Positions 38,001 to 50,000 of a stretch of 64,000 nt of DNA are shown in pieces. Made by a program: the position numbers and the translations under genes. The stretch spans positions 11,532,001 through 11,596,000 of the forward strand of contig CATNEN010000038.1 in assembly GCA_950097015.1 (NCBI GenBank), read 5' to 3'. This stretch comes from Macrostomum hystrix. Taxonomy: Eukaryota; Animalia; Platyhelminthes. How positions within the stretch are numbered: position 1 is the stretch's first letter; the number at the start of each line of letters is the position of its first letter. The notes beneath the pieces are model-generated. The model did not search any database, was not told the DNA's origin, and saw only the letters and a list, made by a program, of their open reading frames with translations.

Positions 38001-41000
38001 CTGGGATAACTGAGACGCTGGGATAACTGAGACACTGGGATAACTGAGACACTGGGATAACTGAGACACAGGGATAACTGAGACACAGGGATAACTGAGA
38101 CACTGGGATAACTGAGACACGGATAACTGAGGCACAGGGATAACTGAGACACAGGGATAACTGAGACACAGGGATAACTGAGACACGCATAACTGAGGCA
38201 CAGGGATAACTGAGACACAGGGATAACTGAGACGCTGGGATAACTGAGACACTGGGATAACTGAGACACTGGGATAACTGAGACACAGGGATAACTGAGA
38301 CACTGGGATAACTGAGACACGGATAACTGAGACACTGGGATAACTGAGACGCTGGGATAACTGAGACACTGGGATAACTGAGACACTGGGATAACTGAGA
38401 CACAGGGATAACTGAGACACAGGGATAACTGAGACACTGGGATAACTGAGACACGGATAACTGAGGCACAGGGATAACTGAGACACAGGGATAACTGAGG
38501 CACAGGGATAACTGAGACACGGATAACTGAGACACTGGGATAACTGAGACACAGGGATAACTGAGACACGGATAACTGAGACACTGGGATAACTGAGACA
38601 CAGGGATAACTGAGACACTGGGATAACTGAGACACTGGGATAACTGAGACACAGGGATAACTGAGACACGGATAACTGAGACACTGGGATAACTGAGACA
38701 CAGGGATAACTGAGACACAGGGATAACTGAGACACAGGGATAACTGAGACACTGGGATAACTGAGACACGGATAACTGAGACACTGGGATAACTGAGACA
38801 CAGGGATAACTGAGACACAGGGATAACTGAGACACAGGGATAACTGAGACACTGGGATAACTGAGGCACTGGGATAACTGAGACACAGGGATAACTGAGA
38901 CACGGATAACTGAGACACAGGGATAACTGAGACACAGGGATAACTGAGACACTGGGATAACTGAGACACTGGGATAACTGAGACACAGGGATAACTGAGA
39001 CACAGGGATAACTGAGACACGGATAACTGAGACACTGGGATAACTGAGACACAGGGATAACTGAGACACGGATAACTGAGACACAGGGATAACTGAGACA
39101 CAGGGATAACTGAGACACAGGGATAACTGAGGCACAGGGATAACTGAGGCACAGGGATAACTGAGGCACAGGGATAACTGAGACACTGGGATAACTGAGA
39201 CACAGGGATAACTGAGACACAGGGATAACTGAGGCACAGGGATAACTGAGACACTGGGATAACTGAGGCACAGGGATAACTGAGACACAGGGATAACTGA
39301 GGCACAGGGATAACTGAGACACAGGGATAACTGAGACACTGGGATAACTGAGACACGGATAACTGAGACACAGGGATAACTGAGACACAGGGATAACTGA
39401 GACACAGGGATAACTGAGGCACAGGGATAACTGAGGCACAGGGATAACTGAGGCACAGGGATAACTGAGGCACAGGGATAACTGAGACACAGGGATAACT
39501 GAGACACAGGGATAACTGAGACACAGGGATAACTGAGACACGGATAACTGAGGCACAGGGATAACTGAGGCACAGGGATAACTGAGACACAGGGAAAACT
39601 GAGACACAGGGATAACTGAGGCACAGGGATAACTGAGGCACAGGGATAACTGAGACACAGGGATAACTGAGGCACAGGGATAACTGAGGCACAGGGATAA
39701 CTGAGACACAGGGATAACTGAGACACAGGGATAACTGAGACACAGGGATAACTGAGACACAGGGATAACTGAGACACAGGGATAACTGAGGCACAGGGAT
39801 AACTGAGGCACTGGGATAACTGAGACACAGGGATAACTGAGGCACTGGGATAACTGAGACACAGGGATAACTGAGGCACTGGGATAACTGAGGCACAGGG
39901 ATATCCTGTTTAGAACTGAATAGACAGACAGGTTAGACGAAATTCGTGTCAGGCAAAGAGCTACCTCATGAAGTCAGGAAATGCATCGCTTGTCCTACTC
40001 CTTGCATTTCTTTCGATGCTTTTGTGTGTTTGGCGAGGTCGAGTTTAGGGGGAGTTCGCGCGGTGACATGTCATTAATTTAGCTATTCTTCTAGGCCTCC
40101 TAATCTTCGTCTTCTCTCTGACGCGCTCGCTATCACAGGGACTGCACTCGGCGTGGGGATACTCAGAGACAGGGACACAGGCAGAGATGATGATAGAGAA
40201 AAAGAGTGTCGGAAATGGGCACCAATGCCCCTCTCCCATTCCCTTTTTAGGGCGGGATGCAGTGTACCTCCTGCTGTGTGCCCATGAGAATAACTGGCCT
40301 GTCTACTTCTCAAGCCCTGCTGGCATGAATATTTTAATGTTGAAGGCTGCGGGGCAGGCAGGCCAGTGCTGGTGGGATGACAGTCGCCAGTCTTGATTTC
40401 TCTTTCTTGTTCTTGGCCGCCTTTTATGTGGCAATGTTCCTGCTTAGCTTTCCATCCTGTTTATTTCCTAAACTACTTCCCTATATCTGAGCTTCCCTGT
40501 CTAGTCTTGAGCTTCCATGTCTACTTCTGAGCTTCCCTGTCTACTCTTGAGCTTCCATGTGTACTCTTGAGCTTCCTTGTGTACTCTTGAGCTTCCTTGT
40601 GTACTCTTGAGCTTCCATGTGTACTCTTGAGCTTCCTTGTCTACTCTTGAGCTTCCTTGTCTACTCTTGAGCTTCCTTGTCTACTCTTGAGCTTCCATGT
40701 GTACTCTTGAGCTTCCATGTGTACTCTTGAGCTTCCTTGTCTACTCTTGAGCTTCCCTGTCTACTCTTGAGCTTCCTTGTCTACTCTTGAGCTTCCTTGT
40801 CTACTCTTGAGCTTCCATGTGTACTCTTGAGCTTCCTTGTCTACTCTTGAGCTTCCCTGTCTACTCTTGAGCTTCCCTGTCTACTCTTGAGCTTCCATGT
40901 CTACTCTTGAGCTTCCTTGTCTAGTCTTGAGCTTCCTTGTCTACTCTTGAGCTTCCCTATCTACTCTTGAGCTTCCCTGTCTACTCTTGAGCTTCCCTGT

Positions 41001-44000
41001 CTACTCTTGAGCTTCCTTGTCTACTCTTGAGCTTCCTTGTCTACTCTTGAGCTTCCATGTGTACTCTTGAGCTTCCTTGTCTACTCTTGAGCTTCCCTGT
41101 CTACTCTTGAGCTTCCCTGTCTACTCTTGAGCTTCCATGTCTACTCTTGAGCTTCCTTGTCTAGTCTTGAGCTTCCTTGTCTAGTCTTGAGCTTCCTTGT
41201 CTACTCTTGAGCTTCCCTATCTACTCTTGAGCTTCCCTGTCTACTCTTGAGCTTCCCTGTCTACTCTTGAGCTTCCATGTCTACTTCTGAGCTTCCATGT
41301 CTACTTCTGAGCTTCCTTGTCTACTCTTGAGCTTCCATGTCTACTTCTGAGCTTCCATGTCTACTCTTGAGCTTCCATGTCTACTTCTGAGCTTCCCTGT
41401 CTACTCTTGAGCTTCCCTGTCTACTCTTGAGCTTCCATGTCTACTCTTGAGCTTCCATGTCTACTCTTGAGCTTCCCTGTCTACTTCTGAGCTTCCCTGT
41501 CTACTCTTGAGCTTCCCTGTCTACTCTTGAGCTTCCATGTCTACTCTTGAGCTTCCCTGTCTACTTCTGAGCTTCCCTGTCTACTCTTGAGCTTCCCTGT
41601 CTACTCTTGAGCTTCCATGTTTACTTCTGAGCTTCCATATCTACTCTTGAGCTTCCATGTCTACTTTAAAGCTTTCGTTAAGCGGAACATATGATACAAC
41701 AAGAAGATGATAAATAATAAATGATTGTGTGCCTACTAAGACCAATGAACCAACAAATTTGTTTAAATATTCACTTTCGCAGCTACCGAATGTACCGGAA
41801 AAGTCAGTCTACGGGTTTTCCTTCGCTCATCACCATATTTAGCGCGCCCAACTATTTGGATGTCTACAACAACAAAGGTGAGTCTTTGAGGTTTTATCCT
41901 TTAATGACGATTTATTGGGGTAGAAATAGAGCAATGAGAGAACGAGGTGATTGGGGTAAAAATAGGCGATATAAGGTAGAAAGAGGAGAGAAGGGGGTAG
42001 AAACAGGGGAGAAAGGCGGTAGAAGGAGGAGAGAAAGGGGGTAGAAAGAGGAGAGAAAGGGGGTAGAAAGAGGAGAGAAGGCGGTAGAAAGAGGAGAGAA
42101 AGGGGGTAGAAAGAAGAGAGAAGGCGGTAGAAAGAGGAGAGAAAGGGGTAGAAAGAGGAGAAAAAGGGGGTAGAAAGAGGAGAGAAAGGGGGTAGAAAGA
42201 GGAGAGAAAGGGGGGTAGAAAGAGGAGAGAAAGGGGGTAGAAAGAGGAGAGAAAGGGGGTAGAAAGAGGAGAGAAGGCGGTAGAAAGAGGAGAGAAAGGG
42301 GGTAGAAAGAAGAGAGAAGGCGGTAGAACGAGGAGAGAAAGGGGGTAGAAAGAAGAGAGAAGGCGGTAGAAAGAGGAGAGAAAGGGGTAGAAAGAGGAGA
42401 AAAAGGGGGTAGAAAGAGGAGAGAAAGGGGGTAGAAAGAGGAGAGAAAGGGGGGTAGAAAGAGGAGAGAAAGGGGGTAGAAAGAGGAGAGAAAGGGGGTA
42501 GAAAGAGGAGAGAAGGCGGTAGAAAGAGGAGAGAAAGGGGGTAGAAAGAAGAGAGAAGGCGGTAGAAAGAGGAGAGAAAGGGGGTAGAAAGAGGAGAGAA
42601 AAGGGGTAGAAAGAGGAGCAGAAAGGGGTAGAAAGAGGAGAGAAAGGGGGTAGAAAGAGGAGAGAAAGGGGGTAGAAAGAGGAGAGAAAGGGTTAAGAAG
42701 GGCGTAGAAAGTCGAGAAAAAAAGAGAATGTGGTTCAGGTAGATTATCAAGCGCAGTCTGCTGAAGGTACAGGTGCTGTTGGGCTGATCAACTAGCAAAT
42801 TATTTTATTAGAATTATGATTTGAAAAAGCTTTTTATGGGTCAAGTGCAAACGAATCGCACGCATTGCAAAGTCTTTTTCTAAGCTGAGCTGTCAAATCC
42901 TTCTCGGAAGCCCGCAGAAGTGGCTGACAAAAATCTCTTAACTATTTTCGAAGCGGATTAAGTCGCATTGCCTGTTCCAATGGCACTGATTAATTAAGGG
43001 TCTCAGGTGCATCAGCCGCTGGTTAATCTGCAACCTGGCAACACTGCCCGCGCGCTATAAATAATATTAAAATAGACACTATCATTTTGTGCCTTTTTTC
43101 TTTAGCCAACTTGGCAGTTAAGCAATTGTCGCGCTGCACTACTTGTAAACGCTGTAAGGGCAGTAGTATTATCGGAACTTTATGAAGGCCGACTTCTAAC
43201 TAAACTAGTAAGCGATCAGCTGTTCAAATCCCAGCCCGATGGGAGCCATTTGTGACCTCCAGTCCACGGACTGAACAGCTGTACATCGTCCCTGAGCTCG
43301 ATTCCGCGGCGAGGCCACATTTATTTGGGGCGCAGCCGCGGAGAGAAGGCTTGGTGGCTTGTCGTGCAATTTACGCACTTGAGGGCCAGCCTCCAAGGCA
43401 TAGTGAAATGTACACTGCCTGACGATGAGAAAGTCACAGGGGCAGATGTACACACCTGTGTGAGCGTATGCCTGTGTACAGTATCTGTGTGCGTGTGCTC
43501 AGGAGTCAGCGAAATGTGCAGAATTGCCTCATTGCTGGCTGCGGGTCTAGTGTCACCAAATGATGTGCCATTGCCCGCTGCCCTTCTGAAATTATTCTTA
43601 TTATTCTACTTAACACTGACAGCTGCTATTCTGAAGTACGAGAACAACGTGATGAACATTCGCCAGTTCAATTGTTCTCCGCATCCCTACTGGCTGCCCA
43701 ACTTCATGGACGTGTTCACATGGAGCCTGCCCTTCGTAGGCGAGAAGGGTGAGTGCCTGGTCTTCAATGAATAATTATATTTGTAGAACCCCGTTTTCAG
43801 TCGGTACCCCACAGTCCATGGACTGAACAGTTGTACGCAGCCTTTGGATAGCAGCCAAACAATAACACGAGTACTTTAGTTAGGGTTAGGGTTAGGGTTA
43901 GGGTTAGGGTTAGGGTTAGTTAGTTTTTTAAAGTTTTTTCATCGTAAATGGCGGAAATTTTTTTATCCAAATAGTGAATTTTCACGAAAAATCGGTCATT

Positions 44001-47000
44001 CATTTTGGGAGCTATCGTGAAGTTAGCGGTGGGAATTTTAAATCCCAGCGGAGATATAGCGTGATCTTTCTACCGTTAAGGTCTAGGCCTTTCAGAAGTA
44101 CACAGTTACTATGAATATTACTCAAATTCCATATGCAGTCACCGAGATGCTGGTCAACGTCTTGAACATCTGCTCAGACGATGAACTGCTTAACGAAGGC
44201 GACGAGACAATGGACGGTAAGTGCGGGTTTTGGCGGTACCCTAGACTCGAGCTAACAAAAGTGCATGTGCGTGTGTGAAAATCCACCCACCGTGCAACCA
44301 CTTCAACTCTAGAACCCAACTAGCAGATGTTTTGCTTTTGTCGTGTCTATTCTTCAATCCGATAGATTTATTCTGTCTCTAATTTAGCGATGGTAATTTA
44401 GAGGCTCTCGGGCCAAAGAGTTAATCAAATAGGTTGCTGACTGAGACAGGGGAGAGACGAGACACGGGAGAGAAGAGACAGGGGAGAGATGAGACATGGG
44501 GGAGAGACGAGGCTCGGGAGAGATGAGACAGGGGAGAGATGAGACACGGGAGAGACGAGACACGGGAGAGAAGAGACAGGGGAGAGATGAGACATAGGGG
44601 AGAGACGAGGCACGGGAGAGATGAGACACGGGAGAGATGAGACATGAGAGAGTTGAGACAGGGGAGAGACGAGACAATAGAAATAAGACAAGGGAGGGAT
44701 GAGACACGGGAGAGATGAGACAGGGGAGAGACGAGACAATAGAAATGAGACAGGGGAGAGATGAGACACGGGAGAGATGAGACATGGGAGAGACGAGACA
44801 CGGGAGAGACAAGACAGGGGAGAGGCGAGACAATAGAAATTTGACACGGGAGAGACATAGGGAAGAGACGAGACATGAAAAAGACGAGACACGGGAGAGA
44901 TGAGACATGGGAGAGTTGAGACAGGGGAGAGATTAGACAGGGGAGAGATGAGACAATAGAAATGAGACAGGGGAGAGACGAGACAATTGAAAGGAGACAG
45001 GGGAGAGACGAGACAATTGAAAGGAGACAGGGGAGAGACGAGACACGGGAGAGATGAGACATGGAGAGTTGAGACAGGGGAGAGATGAGACAGGGGAGAG
45101 ATGAGGCAGTGGAGATAAGAGATCAGGTAGAAGAGATGGAAGAGCCAGGTGGCAGGACTCGGCAGCTTTCATGGCCGATGTTAGCAGACCCTGCACAAGC
45201 TGCTGTGTTCCGTTCACCTGCAACCAAGAAATATGTTAGTCGGATCAAATAAATATTATAAAAACAGTTCTGTGATACTGTGTTTCATGGTCGAACAGGT
45301 CACGACTCGTCCACCTGTGGTAAGATCGGCCTTAAACTTTTACTTTTTGAATGATCTAAGAGTTGCGAAAGAAATGAACGAACATCTATACGCATTCTGC
45401 ACTGCTGATTTATATGTTTTCAAAGTTTCAACAAAAGCATAACTAGCATGCGCATCAGTGAAGATGGTTTTGCACAGTTGCACATGAATGCACAGTGCGG
45501 CACTCAAATATGCTGGAATCCAAAGTGGCTGCTGTCACCTCTGAATAAATGCGTCGTTTATATGGAAATTGTTTGCAATGCTGCCATTCTATTATTATAC
45601 GCACAGTTTATTACTTACAGATTATTGTCATATGCATCGACAAGTTAAACTATTTGGCATGCAATTCATTAGCAAACTTAGATTTTCTATACTTTTCTAA
45701 AGCTTACTAACTTCAAACAAAAATCCTTCGATTTTATTTTAAAATCTTGGATAAAAATTATTGATTTTAAGTAAAAAAATAAGGTCCTTAAACAGCACAA
45801 TTAAAATGGAAGGTTAAGATCGTAACTAATCTTAGATTCAACTTTTAGAACACTGAACTAGCTATGACACCCCGTCAAGTATTCGAGGTCCTTGTGTTTA
45901 ACTTTAACTGATCGCTTATAAATGAATTTAACTTGGTAATTGCAAACAATTGAAAGCATGACACTTCAAAGTAAAAAATGTAATACTCTGTGAGTAACCA
46001 CCTAGTCGAGTTTTAGTATACTGAACTAGCTATAATACCCCCTTCCATATTCGCTCCTTTTAAAACCAGTGGATAATTCTCAAAACGAGTAATTGTCAAA
46101 TATTTTGTACTTCTCGTTTCGATACATTTTGGCAGACTTGATTGAGAATGGCTCCACTCTCAGACCAGTAAGAGGTGAGATCCGTACAGAGTCCTAAGAC
46201 GTTATTACTCGAAATTGTTTTGTCACTAAGCAGTGCAACTGGGTTGCCTAACTGTTCGAGCTGATCATGTAACTATATAATGAGTTCTTATCTAGTTGCA
46301 TCACAATTTGTTCACATCGCCAATCGTGTGTGCTCATGTTCAGCGCTTGTGGTCAAAGTTCATTCAAAGAGTTCAATGACTAGTGAGCCTGCTCATTCGT
46401 AGCCTTTTCTCACTGACATCTCACATAACCTTTCATTTTAAATATTTTGGGTTGAGATTGATAGGATTTCATAATTAATGAGACCAGCAATGCTCTCTGT
46501 TTCAGTACCCACAGGTAAGTTATTATTTCTGTTTTGAATAGGATCTTCCAGGTGCCTTTTTTCATTTCAACTGTTTTTGCCTCTTCGATTCTGTCCTTCT
46601 TTTTTATGCTCAAATATTTTGTTAACGACTGTAATGTTAACGTGTTTTTGATGATATTTTCATCGTAATTTCATATTTACTTTCTCATCTGTACGTAATT
46701 TTACTTCCTCTTTGGTGTGTGCCTATGTGGGTGTGTTTCATTGCATCCTTGGTCACGAGATTAGTTTAAAAGCGGTAGTGCCTCCTAATCGAATGTATCA
46801 GAAATAGCTGTTGCAATTTACAGCTGTGCCAGTAAAAACTGCTTTAATTGTCTCGGAATTATTAAAAATGATTGAAAATATAGAACAGCGCAATGCCAAA
46901 GGCAGGATACACGTTATCAAACACAAAATCGAAAGTATCAATATCAATTTCGACAATATTAAAAACGTATTTAGACAGTATCAAATACAATTTGACATTG

Positions 47001-50000
47001 CCAAATAACAGACTGTCAAACTGAAAATGTGGATTAAGAGAATAAAAAAAATTTAGTGAAAGTGCATTGACAGAGTAGAAACTTTGATTTGCAGAATCAA
47101 ACTCGAAGAATTCTAAGAATCATTCTAAACTTGTTAAATCGGATGCAGCTACGCTAATGTGTTATTTTCCTCAGCTTGACTATCAAAGTGATCGCTTTAC
47201 TGCTTGTGAAGTCAGTGTTTTTATAACGAAACAGGTCTCCTATGGTGCTACTTCTCTCATGAATTGCTATTTCTATTATTATTTTTGTTTTCATGCTGCT
47301 TTCCTTCTTTATCAGCTATTTTTGTCAATTCTGTTTTGTTTAACGACTGTACTGGTTATCCTTCGCATTAATTCTATCACCAGGGAATGTAATGTCGCTT
47401 GTTGGTCAGCGTAAGTTTATGTACTGTGCGTGTTCTCGTACTTTAATTGGCTCTTTCAATTAGTCCTAATTTGATATATAAACCCTAACACCGCGCGATG
47501 AATGATAGGACTAAGCGGGACTTTTAAAAAGCAAATCCAGAAAAGCTTTCTGGACTCTTATTGGTTCTAGAGCTGCTGGCCAATAGAATCGTGTGAGATG
47601 GCTAGCTAGTTAGTCTATTTTGTCTTGTTTTATTTCTATTGGCTCATGATATCCTGGCCAATAAAGCTAATGGGTGGAGTGAGGTGGCTGCGTAATTAAA
47701 GTGAAGCACCCAATTCCGATTGTTTCCAGAGTTCCTCGCCAATAATTACGCCTCGCACATGCTAACCGTTATCGCGATCGCGTAGTGAGGTGGTTGCCTA
47801 AGAGACAATTTAAGAGATAATAATTAATTGGGTCACTGTAATTTATAATTCGAGTTAAGTTGCACATAACAGTTTAAAAATGTGTGTTTTAACAAAAAGC
47901 AAACTATGAATAGGACAAACCGCGTCTAAGATTTGAAATTGTACAGATGGCTAAACTGACTTAATTGAAACCTTTTCTAATAAAAAACAAATTTTATACT
48001 TTTAAATAAAAGAAACAAACATAAAAAATATTTCAACTTGCCTTTAACAATCTCTTGGTCAGTTTTCAGGTATCACCCATTGAATTTTTTCATTACCTTC
48101 TGTCTGATAATCTAAACCCGACATAAAAGTGCTTCGCAAGTTGCTAAGAGAAACTAGCTGTGCAAACACTTTATATAAGTAATTTTATAATCTAACATTT
48201 CCACAGCCAACGCGATGGCAGCCCGCAAGGAGGTCATCCGCAACAAGATCCGCGCAATCGGCAAGATGGCCCGCGTCTTCACTGTACTACGCGAGGAGTC
48301 CGAGTCTGTGCTGGAACTCAAAGGACTCACGCCCAACGGCATGCTCCCAATGGGCGTGCTCAGCGGCGGCAAGGAGTCGCTCTCTAGCGGTGAGTGGATT
48401 GGGATTCTGTGTTGAATCCTAGGATTGGGATTCTGTGTTGAATCCCAGGATTGGGATTCTGTGTTGAATCCTAGGATTGGGATTCTGTGTTGAATCCTAG
48501 GATTCTATGTTGATTCCTGGGATTGGGATTCTGTGTTGAATCCCAGGATTGGGATTCTGTGTTGATTCCTGGGATTCTGTGTTGATTCCTGGGATTCTGT
48601 GTTGATTCCTGGGATTCTGTGTTGATTCCTGGGATTCTGTGTTGATTCCTGGGATTCTGTGTTGATTCCTGGGATTCTGTGTTGATTCCTGGGATTATGT
48701 GTTGATTCCTGGGATTATGTGTTGATTCCTGGGATTCTGTGTTGATTCCTGGGATTCTGTGTTGATTCCTGGGATTATGTGTTGATTCCTGGGATTCTGT
48801 GTTGATTCCTGGGATTCTGTGTTGATTCCTGGGATTATGTGTTGGTTCCTGGAATGTGGATTCTGTGTTGATTCCTGGCATTGGGAATTTGTGTTGATTC
48901 CAGGGATTAAGATTCTGGGATATGAATCAAGAATTGGGATCTGGGATGAGAATCTAGAATAGGGATCTGGGATGAGAATCAAGAATTGGGATCTGGGATG
49001 AGAATCTAGAATTGGGATCTGGGATGAGAATCTAGAATAGGGATCTGGGATGAGAATCAAGAATTGGGATCTGGGATTAGAATCTGGAATGGGGATCTGG
49101 GATGAGAATCTAGAATTGGGATCTGGGATTAGAATCTAGAATTGGGATCTGGGATGAGAATCTAGAATATGGCTCTGGGATTAGAATCTAGAATTGGGAT
49201 CTGGGATGAGAATCTAGAATAGGGATCTGGGATGAGAATCAAGAATTGGGATCTGGGATGAGAATCTAGAATTGGGATCTGGGATGAGAATCTAGAATAG
49301 GGATCTGGGATGAGAATCTAGAATTGGGATCTGGGATTAGAATCTAGAATAGGGATCTGGGATGAGAATGTAGAATTGGGATCTGGGATGAGAATCTAGA
49401 ATTGGGATCTGGGATGAGAATCTAGAATAGGGCTCTGGGATGAGAATCAAGAATTGAGATCTGGGATGAGAATCTAGAATTGGGATCTGGGATGAGAATC
49501 TAGAATAGGGATCTGGGATTAGAATCTAGAATTGGGATCTGGGATGAGAATCTAGAATTGGGATCTGGGATGAGAATCTAGAATTGGGATCTGGGATGAG
49601 AATCTAGAATTGGGATCTGGGATGAGAATCTAGAATTGGGATCTGGGATGAGAATCTAGAATTGGGATCTGGGATGAGAATCTAGAATTGGGATCTGGGA
49701 TGAGAATCTAGAATTGGGATCTGGGATGAGAATCTAGAATTGGGATCTGGGATGAGAATCTAGAATTGGGATCTGGGATGAGAATCTAGAATTGGGATCT
49801 GGGATGAGAATCTAGAATAGGGCTCTGGGATGAGAATCTAGAATTGGGATCTGGGATTAGAATCTAGAATGGGGATCTGGGATTAGAATCTAGAATTGGG
49901 ATCTGGGATTAGAATCTAGAATTGGGATCTGGGATGAGAATCTAGAATTGGGATCTGGGATGAGAATCTAGAATTGGGATCTGGGATGAGAATCTAGAAT

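Noticed and set aside
31352-39896. 500-1330-aa minus-strand ORFs
   Set aside because: These are translations of intronic 32-bp and 17-bp minisatellites, antisense to calcineurin.
43415-43450. Hammerhead ribozyme in SINE A (CTGACGA...GAAA)
   Set aside because: Only 3 nt separate the core motifs, so stem II is absent, and the segment pairs better as a simple hairpin. An Infernal search would settle it.
47175-47210. 36-nt AG...GT candidate exon in intron 8
   Set aside because: It gives an immediate TGA in phase 1 and has a weak donor, so it is most likely a chance match.
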